Shown piece after piece: positions 22,985 to 31,129 of a DNA stretch of 64,000 nt. The stretch is from Hyphomonadaceae bacterium (GTDB lineage Bacteria; Pseudomonadota; Alphaproteobacteria; Caulobacterales; Aquidulcibacteraceae), in contig JBFWVZ010000006.1 of NCBI GenBank assembly GCA_050246475.1, positions 83,803 to 147,802 of the forward strand, read 5' to 3'. The position numbers were made by a program, and so were the translations under genes. Each line of letters opens with the position of its first letter. Position 1 is the stretch's first letter. The notes beneath the pieces are model-generated. The model was not told the DNA's origin. It saw only the letters and a program-made list of their open reading frames with translations, and searched no databases.

Positions 22985-23881
22985 CTATTGATAAATCGTG
23001 CCGGTGTTGACGACGGGTTGCGCGTCGCGGTCCCCGCACAGAACGACAAGAAGATTCGACACCATCGCCGCACGCCGGTCGTCGTCGAGCTTGACGATGT
23101 CGCGTTCGGAAAGCTGCGCCAGCGCGCTTTCCACCATCATCACGGCGCCCTGAACAATCTTCTGGCGCGCGGCGAGCACGGCCTCCGCCTGCTGGCGCCG
23201 CAACATCGCTCCCGCGATCTCGGCCGCATACGCGAGGTGCGAGAGCTTCGTTTCGTCGATCGTGATGCCCGCGACCGCTACCCGCTCCTGCAGCTTGTCG
23301 CGTAGCAGCCCCGAAACCTGATCGGCGTCCGCGCGCAGCGTCGGCTCCTCGTGCTCGGCGTGATCGTAGGCGAAGTGCGAAGCGATTTCCCGGAGCGCGG
23401 TCTCGACCTGGATGTTGAGGAATGTCTCATAATGATCGACGTCGAAGAGCGCCGCGGCTGTATCCGTTACGCGCCACACCACCACGGCCGCGATCTCGAT
23501 CGGGTTGCCGCGCTTGTCATTCACCTTGAGCTTCTCGCTCGTCACGTTGCGCGCGCGCAGCGAGATCTTCTTGCGCCCGTACCAGAAGATCACCCAGCGA
23601 AGCCCGGGGCGCCGGTCCGTGCCCTTGTAATTGCCGAAGAGGGTGATCGCGGCCGCCTCGTTGGGCTGCAGCGAGTAAAGCCCCAGGAAAATGAAGAAAG
23701 CCGCGATGATTTCGAGGATCATCAGCGCCAAGATCCCTCCGGCGTCTTCGCGCGCGCCTTCCAGCGTCGTCGCCTGCCAGATCGCGAACCCGATGAGCGC
23801 GAGCGCCAGAAGCAAGAGCCACCCGCCCGCGGCGGAGGAGGCCGGGCGTTCGGCGGTGCGGCGGAGGGCGGCGTCGGTCAT
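22985..23881 (-). CDS. SPFH/band-7 (stomatin/flotillin-like) membrane protein
   Basis: Two N-terminal TM helices, then an SPFH core (ITLFGNYKGT...IEIAAVVVWRVTD...ALREIASH) and a coiled-coil tail. ATG 23881 preferred (GAGGTG 8 nt upstream) over the track's GTG 23890. Confidence 0.85.
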   Translation of the reverse strand: MTDAALRRTAERPASSAAGGWLLLLALALIGFAIWQATTLEGAREDAGGILALMILEIIAAFFIFLGLYSLQPNEAAAITLFGNYKGTDRRPGLRWVIFWYGRKKISLRARNVTSEKLKVNDKRGNPIEIAAVVVWRVTDTAAALFDVDHYETFLNIQVETALREIASHFAYDHAEHEEPTLRADADQVSGLLRDKLQERVAVAGITIDETKLSHLAYAAEIAGAMLRRQQAEAVLAARQKIVQGAVMMVESALAQLSERDIVKLDDDRRAAMVSNLLVVLCGDRDAQPVVNTGTIYQ

Positions 23882-23885
23882 GGAG

Positions 23886-23907
23886 ATCACCTCAATATTG
23901 AAGTGAT
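23886..23907 (-). promoter_or_regulatory. 22-nt AT-rich palindrome covering the SPFH ribosome-binding site
   Basis: Plus strand ATCACCTCAATATTGAAGTGAT. In the mRNA sense AUCACUUCA-AUAU-UGAGGUGAU forms a 9-bp stem (one G-U pair) that contains the SD GAGGUG. Confidence 0.4.
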
Positions 23908-24052
23908 ATCATTCTATCCCGCAACCAGCCCGCCATCAAGCGAAGATCGCAAGCCCTTCCAGCGCGTTCACCGTCTTTCCAAAGCGGGTGTTAACGCCGG
24001 TTGTGTAAGGGTTTTTCGAATTCTGCGGCCCATCAGGAGCTGGGGCGGCCCG

Positions 24053-25816
24053 ATGCAACGATTGAACGTCATGGCGCGTCTGCGCCGCTTCGCTGAGGCG
24101 CGGGGCGGCAACGTCGCGATGCTGTGGGCGCTGGGCGCGGTCGTGTGCTGCGGCCTCGTCGGGCTCTCGATCGACTTTGCCCAGGCGCAATCCCTGCGCG
24201 CACAGATGCAGAATGCCGCCGACGGCGCCGCCCTCGTCGCGGAGCGTTCGTCCAATCTCCCGCTCAACGAGCGCGTCAACGCCGCGCGCGCCTTCTATGA
24301 CGCGACGTTGGGCGATCAGGCCAGCCTCACCAACGTCTCATTCGCCGTCACGCAGCTGCCCGAAGGCGGCCACCGCGTCCGCGTCGGCGCCGACATGGAG
24401 ATGAGCCTCACGCGCGTCGTCGTGCAGGACGATTGGCGCATCGTCGTTGAATCGGATTCCGTTTCCGAAGCGAGCCCCCCGATCGAAGTCGTGCTCGTGC
24501 TCGACAACACCGGCTCCATGTCCAACGACATGGATACGCTGCGCGACGGCGCCGAGGAGATGGTCGATTTCCTCTACAACATCGACGGGGACACCGTGCG
24601 CATGGCGCTCGTGCCCTTCGTCGCGCAGGTCAACATCGGCAATTCCGCCGCGCACCGCGCCGCCTGGATGGACACCGCCGGAACCTCGCCGATGAATGGC
24701 GAACTGGTTGAGGATCGCGCGATCGCCGTGCGTTCTCGCTCCGGAACGAACAATTGCACCAACCTCTCGACGATGCCCTTCAATGGCTACACTGGCACGT
24801 ATCGCCTCACGTGGGTTCGTCACGGCAACAATTGCATCGCCTACACGCCCGACACGGTGAATTATTTCACGCTGTTCGACTACATGCCGAACGTCTCGTG
24901 GGGCGGCTGCGTCGAAGCGCGTCCGATGCCCTATGACATCCAGGACAATCCGCCGAACTCGCCGGAGACGCGCTTCACGCCGTTCTTCTGGCTGGATACG
25001 CTCGACTCAGGCTCAAACTCTTACTTGCAGGATACGTCCGGCAATATCTCCGGCGCCACGATGTCGAACGGCATTGATACGACGCCGACCACGTCCGAGC
25101 GCAACCGCGCTTACGTGTTCAACATTTTTCGCTATCGCGGCAACAACGCGAACCTGGACACCACGCCGCCCGAAACGCGCGGCCCCAATCGCGGCTGCCC
25201 CACGCCCATCGTTCCGCTGACGGACGATCGCCAGACGATGATCGACGCGGTCCGCGCCATGCGCCACTGGAACGGCGGCGGCACCAACCAGGCTGAAGGC
25301 CTGGCCTGGGGCTGGCGGGTCGTGTCTCCCGGGGAGCCCTTCACAGAAGGCGAACCCTATGGCGATGACGTCCGCAAAGTCATCGTGCTGATGAGCGACG
25401 GCCAGAACACCAATGTCGGCAACGACTCGGTGTGGGGCTCGGACTATTCCTCCTTCAACCACTTGGACTTGTGGACGGAATACGCTGACGGCTCCCTCTT
25501 GAACGGGCTCTATGGCTTGATCGGCGGCATCTTGCACGGAACGCTGCCGAGCCAGTATCGCCGAGCAATCACCGGGTCGAGTTCGTACGTCAGCCACATC
25601 AATGCGCGCCAGCGCGCGTTGTGCGACAACATCCGCGCGGAGAACGTTGAGGTGTACACCGTGATGTTCCGCGAGACGGACGGCACGGCGCGCGATCTCC
25701 TGCGCTACTGCGCCACCGATGAGGATCACTACTTCACGGCCGAGACGCAGGAAGAGCTGCGCGAGGTGTTCCGCGCGATTGGCTCCGGCATCGGCCAGTT
25801 GCGCATCACGCGCTGA
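24053..25816 (+). CDS. TadG/TadE-like N-terminal domain plus von Willebrand A domain protein (pilus-assembly-like, orphan)
   Basis: RGGNVAMLWALGAVVCCGLVGLSIDF (Tad-type N-terminus); vWA MIDAS-like VVLVLDNTGSMS. The track ORF start (23351) is antisense to the SPFH gene, so the start was moved to MQRLNVMARL. Confidence 0.75.
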   Translation: MQRLNVMARLRRFAEARGGNVAMLWALGAVVCCGLVGLSIDFAQAQSLRAQMQNAADGAALVAERSSNLPLNERVNAARAFYDATLGDQASLTNVSFAVTQLPEGGHRVRVGADMEMSLTRVVVQDDWRIVVESDSVSEASPPIEVVLVLDNTGSMSNDMDTLRDGAEEMVDFLYNIDGDTVRMALVPFVAQVNIGNSAAHRAAWMDTAGTSPMNGELVEDRAIAVRSRSGTNNCTNLSTMPFNGYTGTYRLTWVRHGNNCIAYTPDTVNYFTLFDYMPNVSWGGCVEARPMPYDIQDNPPNSPETRFTPFFWLDTLDSGSNSYLQDTSGNISGATMSNGIDTTPTTSERNRAYVFNIFRYRGNNANLDTTPPETRGPNRGCPTPIVPLTDDRQTMIDAVRAMRHWNGGGTNQAEGLAWGWRVVSPGEPFTEGEPYGDDVRKVIVLMSDGQNTNVGNDSVWGSDYSSFNHLDLWTEYADGSLLNGLYGLIGGILHGTLPSQYRRAITGSSSYVSHINARQRALCDNIRAENVEVYTVMFRETDGTARDLLRYCATDEDHYFTAETQEELREVFRAIGSGIGQLRITR

Positions 25817-25828
25817 GCCGGCGCGGCC

Positions 25829-26185
25829 TCACGCGGCGTGCTTCACGCAATTCTCGTCGTCGAGCAGCACGACGTTGGGCGCATAATTGCGCGCTTGCTC
25901 GGCGGGCAGGTGGCAATAGGCGACGACGATGATCTTGTCGCCCGGCTGCACAAGCCGCGCCGCCGCGCCGTTGACGCCGAACGTCCGGGAGCCTGAGGGC
26001 GCCTCGATCGCGTAGGTCGTGAAGCGCGCCCCTGAATTGATGTTCAGCACGTCCACCTGTTCGTGGGGCAGGATCCCCGCGCGGTCGAGCAGGTCGCGGT
26101 CGATCGCGATCGAGCCTTCATAGTCCAGGTCGGCTTGGGTGACGGTGGCGCGGTGCAGCTTCGCCTTGAGCATCGTCACGAACAT
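25829..26185 (-). CDS. panD: Aspartate 1-decarboxylase
   Basis: [29 protein letters not shown] contains the self-processing Gly-Ser site; GAGGAG lies upstream of ATG 26185. Confidence 0.9.
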   Translation of the reverse strand: MFVTMLKAKLHRATVTQADLDYEGSIAIDRDLLDRAGILPHEQVDVLNINSGARFTTYAIEAPSGSRTFGVNGAAARLVQPGDKIIVVAYCHLPAEQARNYAPNVVLLDDENCVKHAA

Positions 26186-26318
26186 GCGGGGCGTCTCCTC
26201 TGGGCGGCGTCCCGTGCGCGCTGCAGCGAAATTGCTGCGCCTGCGAACGTCCATTGGAAATAAGCGTTCGCGCGCGCGAAGGCAAGTTTATGAACAGCTC
26301 AGGCGATGCGCCGGCGGA

Positions 26319-28139
26319 TCAATTCGCCTGCGGTTGCCGGAAGACGATCACCAGCCGGGTCTGCGCGCCGCTGGAGCGCGTGCCGTCGTCGAGCTGGGGC
26401 TGCGCCCGGAATTGCGCCGAGGCCCGGAGCGCCGCGGCGCCGAAGCCGAACCCGCCTGGGCTCTCGCCCGCCACGGCGCAGCGCGGCACGCCGGTGGCGT
26501 CGATCAAGCACTCAAGCTCCACGCGCCCGCCCTGATTGGCCCGGAGCGCGCGCGACGGGAAGAGTTCGTTGATCCGCTGCGCGGATGGGCGCGCGGCCCA
26601 CACCACTTGCGGCGGGCGTGTCCGCGCCGGACGCTGCGCCGCGGGCGGCTCGATCGCGGCCGTCTGCATCTGCTGTTGGGTCGGCGGCGCCGGAGTCGGC
26701 TGCAGCTGGATCGGCGCGGGCGCGGGCGACAACGTCACGGGCTGGCGCTCTTCCGCCGCCGGTTGCTGGCGCGCCGGCGCCGGCGTCGTGTCGCGCGTGC
26801 TGGGCAATTCCGGTCCGCCTTGGGCGGTGTCTCTTTGGCGCGGCGGCTCGCGAACGGGCGCGGCGCGCTCAGGCTCGCGGCGCGGCGCGGCGGCAGGCTC
26901 GATCGGCGCTGTCGCGGCGCCCGCGTCGGCGAATGTCGAGGATTCAGCGCTCGTGTCGGCGGCGTCTTCCGCCGCGGGGGGCGCATCGGCCCAGGGATCG
27001 GCCTCGGCTGTTTGCGCGGCGCCGCCGCTCAGGAAGTCGAGCGCGCCGAACCGGTCTCCCGCGAAGAGGCCGGCGCCCAGCGCTGCGCCCCCGAGAATGA
27101 CGATGATCGCCATCATACGGATTCCGCGTCCCCCCGCGCGCGGCGGCGGTCCGCTGTCGCGCCGGGCCGGCAAGCGGGGATCGTCGCGCCAGTCCGCTTG
27201 CTGGGGCGGCGCGGCGCGGCGCGCCTCGCGCCGCGTGGGCGCGTCTGAGCGGATAGGCTCGAAAGCGGCTGGCGGCGGTCTGTTGGCGGGCTGAGGCGTC
27301 GGCGCGCGCGATCGTGCGGGCGCGGCTTCGCCGCGTTGCGGCCGTGTCGGCGGATCGAGCCTCACGGGCGCGCCTCTGAGCGCGTCCTGACGCGCTGCCG
27401 CGGCGGGTGTTTGGCGACGGCGGCGCTGTTCGGCCTCGAGTTCCGCGAGTTTCATTTGCGCCAGCTCGGCGAAGGCGCCGTCGGCCCCGAAATCGGCGAG
27501 GTGCCGAAGAAAATCTTCCGGATTGCGGCTGTGCCGGATCGCGGCCCAGTTCTGCGCTTCGTCCGCGACGCTCCCGCTTGGCGCCGGTGCGGCTGCTCGG
27601 CGCGCCGTCGCGCGGGGCGCATCGTAATTGGGCGGCGGAGGCCGCGAAGGCGCCGCTGCGGGCGGCGCGGCGCGGGCGCGCGCATAAGGCGGCGCGGCCG
27701 GAGGCGGATTGTTGAAATAGGGGGCTGGCGCTTCCGCGGCGCGCGCGCTGACCGGCGCGGCGACGCCTGCCGTCGCGCGTTGCGCGGCGACCATGCGGTC
27801 CACGGCGAAGAAAAGCGGATCGAGCGCGGGATCGTCCGGATCGCCCTGCCAGTGCGAGAGATCGAACGCGGGCGCATGGTTGATCGAGGCCGCCGGCGGC
27901 GGCGCGATGAGGCACGCCACCACGGCCTTGCCCGCATTCACCGCGCGCTGCGCCGCGTCGAGGAAGGCGCGCGAGCGAATTGAGGCCTGGGACCACACGA
28001 CGAGCGCCGCCCCGCAGGCGCGCAAATCTTCAGCGCCGGGGGCGCCCCCGACATGAAGGCCCGCCCGTTCGAACATATCGGCGAATGCTTTCGCCAAAGG
28101 TTCGTCTTCGCGCACACAGACGATAAGCACGTCAGCCAT
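26319..28139 (-). CDS. TIR-like domain / Pro-rich linker / single TM helix / TonB C-terminal domain fusion protein
   Basis: N-terminus ADVLIVCVREDEPLAKAFADMFERAGLHV...ALVVWSQASIRSRAFLDAAQRAVNAGKAVVACLI (TIR_2-like pattern). TM helix MMAIIVILGGAALGAGLFAG. C-terminus FPSRALRANQGGRVELECLIDATGVPRCAV...GFGAAALRASAQFRAQP (TonB_C pattern). Confidence 0.7.
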   Translation of the reverse strand: MADVLIVCVREDEPLAKAFADMFERAGLHVGGAPGAEDLRACGAALVVWSQASIRSRAFLDAAQRAVNAGKAVVACLIAPPPAASINHAPAFDLSHWQGDPDDPALDPLFFAVDRMVAAQRATAGVAAPVSARAAEAPAPYFNNPPPAAPPYARARAAPPAAAPSRPPPPNYDAPRATARRAAAPAPSGSVADEAQNWAAIRHSRNPEDFLRHLADFGADGAFAELAQMKLAELEAEQRRRRQTPAAAARQDALRGAPVRLDPPTRPQRGEAAPARSRAPTPQPANRPPPAAFEPIRSDAPTRREARRAAPPQQADWRDDPRLPARRDSGPPPRAGGRGIRMMAIIVILGGAALGAGLFAGDRFGALDFLSGGAAQTAEADPWADAPPAAEDAADTSAESSTFADAGAATAPIEPAAAPRREPERAAPVREPPRQRDTAQGGPELPSTRDTTPAPARQQPAAEERQPVTLSPAPAPIQLQPTPAPPTQQQMQTAAIEPPAAQRPARTRPPQVVWAARPSAQRINELFPSRALRANQGGRVELECLIDATGVPRCAVAGESPGGFGFGAAALRASAQFRAQPQLDDGTRSSGAQTRLVIVFRQPQAN

Positions 28140-28210
28140 GACGTCTCCGGCGCCCCTGCGGGATCCTGTCCCACGCCCACCATGAACACCCGCGGTCATC
28201 GTCCGCCGGT

Positions 28211-28231
28211 TTATGCAAGAAGGGTGCATAA
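28211..28231. promoter_or_regulatory. Dyad TTATGCA-N7-TGCATAA upstream of the TIR/TonB-like gene
   Basis: Perfect 7-bp inverted repeat, 72-92 nt upstream of ATG 28139, AT-rich in a GC-rich spacer. Confidence 0.3.
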
Positions 28232-28282
28232 CACGCCGGAAGCGAAGGCACAGGGGGGTCTGCCCTTGAAATGCGACAAGAC

Positions 28283-28930
28283 TCAGTCAATTCGCGCAAA
28301 TTCACCTGTATTCGGGTCCATGAGTTCGAGAATCCCGTCGGCGACGCCGAACCGGGCGCCCTCTAACCTTACTTTTCCAGCGTCTAGAGCCGCGCGAATG
28401 AACGGAAATGACGCCAAATTCTCCAGACTGACGCGGATGCTTTCGAATTCCAGAGCCGTGCATGCATCCCCGCGGCTTTGATCTAGGCGCGACTTGGCCG
28501 GCCCCAGCAGCGTAAGCCACGGCGCCAGGAAATCGGTATCCGCAACCGACCCTTCATCGAGCGCCGCCGCCACGCCCCCGCATTGCGCGTGGCCAAGCAC
28601 CAGGATGGTTTCCACCTCAAGCCGGCTCACGGCGAATTCGATGGCCGCGCTCACCCCGTGATAGGCGCCGTCCGCCTGATAGGGCGGCACCAGATTGGCC
28701 ACGTTGCGCACGACGAAGAGCTCCCCGGGCGAGGCGTCGAAGATCGCCGAGGGGTCAACCCGGCTGTCGGAGCACGCGATCACGAGCGTCTTGGGCCGCT
28801 GCCCCTTCGCGAGCTTGCGGTGAAGCGAGGCGAGCCCCGGCCAGCGCTGCTCCCTGAAGCGCCGATAGCCTGCCAGCAAGTCATCCATGCGCCGCCTTGG
28901 AAACCATGCGCGCGTCTGGATCAACCCCAC
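28283..28930 (-). CDS. Beta-class carbonic anhydrase
   Basis: Zinc ligand motifs CSDSRV and GHAQCGG. Confidence 0.9.
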   Translation of the reverse strand: MGLIQTRAWFPRRRMDDLLAGYRRFREQRWPGLASLHRKLAKGQRPKTLVIACSDSRVDPSAIFDASPGELFVVRNVANLVPPYQADGAYHGVSAAIEFAVSRLEVETILVLGHAQCGGVAAALDEGSVADTDFLAPWLTLLGPAKSRLDQSRGDACTALEFESIRVSLENLASFPFIRAALDAGKVRLEGARFGVADGILELMDPNTGEFARID

Positions 28931-29001
28931 GCATCGCGCCGCGATTGCCGCGCACGCCTTGGCGCTTCATTGTGCCGCGCGCGGAAGTGGGGAGAGCGGC
29001 C

Positions 29002-29994
29002 ATGAGCGAAGCGCCAGCATTGAGCGACGCCGAGGCGGTGAAAGCGCAGGGCCTGCGCGGCATTGCGTTCGACGCATTCAAGAAGCGCGAACCGGGCGGC
29101 GTGATCCTGCAGGCCACGCTCGGGCTCATCCTGATCGTCGCCGTGATTGTTGGCCTCTTCGGTTTCATCGGATGGCGCAGCGTCGTCGATTACATGCAAT
29201 GGGTCGCTCAGATCACAGCGGCGCAGCAGCAAGACCCGTCCGCCGCACTTGCGCCGGGCGCTATGATGCCCCCGGCGTCCGTCATGATGGCCGGCAATCT
29301 CTTATTCGTCGTTCAGCTCGTTCTCTACATTGTCATCGCCGCCTACGAGGCCGCGATCCTGCGCTGGCTGACGCGCGGCGAGCGCGGCGGCGTCTTTCTG
29401 GGCTTAGGCTTCGGCGCCGACACCTGGTACGTCTGGTTCAGCTACTGGATCTGGTACTTCCTCGTCTTCGGCGTCTTTCTAGCGGTCTTGTTCGTCGGCC
29501 TGATCATCGGCGCCGTCATGGCCGCGGCACAGATGAGCGCGGCCGTCATCGCGGCGGCGATGGGGCTGTTGGGCCTCGCGATCGTCGTTGGGTGCATTTA
29601 CTTCGCCGTGCGTCTGGCGCCGGCGGCCGCAACGAGCGTCATCCTGCGGCGCTTCGCGTTCTTCGACGCTCTCAAGGTCACCCGCGATCGCTTTTGGCCG
29701 GTTTTTGGCGCGTTTCTCGTCATCGTGCTTTTGAGCTTCGTCACGGCTGCGCTGGCGGCGGGCGTCGGCGCAGTCACTTTGCTCGCCGAGCTCATCGCCG
29801 GCCTCGCAAATGACAGCGGCCAGCCCGATCCGGCCGCGACGATGGCGCTCGTTTTCTCGCCAGCGATGATCGCGCGCTGGGGCGTGCTCTACCTCGTATT
29901 GTTGCTGCTCCAGCTTATATGGACGATCGCGACCTATGGTCTGAACGCGCGCGCCGCCAAGCTTGCGCTGGCCGAGGGCCGCATCGAGAGGTGA
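29002..29994 (+). CDS. Multi-pass membrane protein, family not recognised
   Basis: Start chosen at MSEAPALSD. About 6-7 hydrophobic helices and strong GC3 bias. Confidence 0.55.
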   Translation: MSEAPALSDAEAVKAQGLRGIAFDAFKKREPGGVILQATLGLILIVAVIVGLFGFIGWRSVVDYMQWVAQITAAQQQDPSAALAPGAMMPPASVMMAGNLLFVVQLVLYIVIAAYEAAILRWLTRGERGGVFLGLGFGADTWYVWFSYWIWYFLVFGVFLAVLFVGLIIGAVMAAAQMSAAVIAAAMGLLGLAIVVGCIYFAVRLAPAAATSVILRRFAFFDALKVTRDRFWPVFGAFLVIVLLSFVTAALAAGVGAVTLLAELIAGLANDSGQPDPAATMALVFSPAMIARWGVLYLVLLLLQLIWTIATYGLNARAAKLALAEGRIER

Positions 29995-30000
29995 GAGCGC

Positions 30001-30528
30001 ATGCGCGGACAGGTTTTGGGATTGGATCAGCCGCGCGGCATCGGCGTGCTGGTCGATGCATCGGGTGAGCGTTTGGAGTTCGCACTTGCTGAGTGGCGCT
30101 CGCCAGGTGCGCCTGCGCCGGGCCAGTGGGTCGATTTCGTTCTGGCGGATGGCCAAGCCAAGCAAGTCTTCGCGCTGCCGCCGGGCGCGCCGGGAACGCC
30201 AGCCTACGGCGCCGGACCGGGGCCCGCGCCTGCCGCGCCCACGCCGATGGGCACGATCCTCGGCGCCGTGGCGCTCGGCTGTTTGGTGCTTGGCTTTGTC
30301 ATCCCAATCCTTCCCACCATCGCCGCGCTCGTTCTCGGCATCGTCGGCGCGGGCCGCGCCAAGGAGGAGCGCGACGAAACGGGCCTGACGCTTTCGCGCA
30401 TCGCCTGGATCGCCGCGACCGTTCTGCTTGTCCTGTTCGTGATGATCGCGATCATTGCCGCGCTTTTCTTCGGCGGGCTGATGGGCGTCCTCGGCACGGC
30501 CGGCTGGAACTGGGGCGTCTGGACCTAG
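30001..30528 (+). CDS. Small soluble N-domain plus DUF4190-like double-TM membrane protein
   Basis: Starts 7 nt after the previous gene. Pro/Ala-rich linker, then GTILGAVALGCLVLGFVIPILPTIAALVLGIVGAGRAKE and further helices. Confidence 0.5.
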   Translation: MRGQVLGLDQPRGIGVLVDASGERLEFALAEWRSPGAPAPGQWVDFVLADGQAKQVFALPPGAPGTPAYGAGPGPAPAAPTPMGTILGAVALGCLVLGFVIPILPTIAALVLGIVGAGRAKEERDETGLTLSRIAWIAATVLLVLFVMIAIIAALFFGGLMGVLGTAGWNWGVWT

Positions 30529-30770
30529 AGCGCCAGAAGCGTCTCACTGCTCGTCTCGAACGCGCGGATCGCGCCGCTCTTCTCCGCGTAGATCGCCGGC
30601 CATTCGTGCTCGATCAACGCCATGAAGAAATGATGCGCGTGCGGCCCCATGGAAGTCTTGTAGCCCTCGAACTCGCCTTGCAGCGTGCGCCACGTCGCGC
30701 CCGGGCGCTTCACGAGGAAGAGCCCGGCCTCGGTGATCACGAGATGAAAGATCAGCGGGTGAGCCGCCAT
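30525..30770 (-). CDS. Hypothetical 81-aa protein
   Basis: Strong GC3 coding bias. Overlaps the VOC gene's 3' end by 19 nt. No family recognised. Confidence 0.4.
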   Translation of the reverse strand: MAAHPLIFHLVITEAGLFLVKRPGATWRTLQGEFEGYKTSMGPHAHHFFMALIEHEWPAIYAEKSGAIRAFETSSETLLAL

Positions 30771-31129
30771 GGCGGATGCGTCCGGTTTGCGCCGGCGCGA
30801 TAGAGGATGAGCGCGTTGCCCGCCGGGTCGCGCAAATGCGCTTCACGCCAGAGCCAGCGTTGATTGGTTGGATCGAGATCGAAGACTATGCCGCGCGCCT
30901 TGAGCCGCGCCACGTCGCCGTCGAGGTCGTCGCACTCGAAATAAATGACCGGCGCGTGTGCGCGCGCCGCGTCCGCCTCGACATGCAACGAGAAAGTTGA
31001 GCCGCCCTCCGGCAACTCGAACCGCGCATATTCGTCGCTCTTCACGATGAGGATGAGCCCAAGCGTTTCGTAAAACGCGATCGATTGCGCCAAGTCGCGG
31101 GCAGGGACGGTGACTTGATTGAGCCGCAT
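30752..31129 (-). CDS. VOC/glyoxalase-family protein
   Basis: MRLNQVTVPARDLAQSIAFYETLGL...DPAGNALILY. The start overlaps the HAD stop as TGATG. Confidence 0.75.
   Translation of the reverse strand: MRLNQVTVPARDLAQSIAFYETLGLILIVKSDEYARFELPEGGSTFSLHVEADAARAHAPVIYFECDDLDGDVARLKARGIVFDLDPTNQRWLWREAHLRDPAGNALILYRAGANRTHPPWRLTR

Noticed and set aside
23351-24052. 234-codon N-terminal extension of the TadG-like ORF in the track (821 aa).
   Set aside because: This part is antisense to the SPFH gene. The recognisable Tad-type N-terminus starts at ATG 24053.
26139-27294. Several 170-370-aa plus-strand ORFs rich in Arg/Gly/Ala.
   Set aside because: They are antisense to the Pro/Ala-rich linker of the TIR/TonB-like gene. 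Pro codons (CCN) read as Gly/Arg on the opposite strand and rarely create stops.
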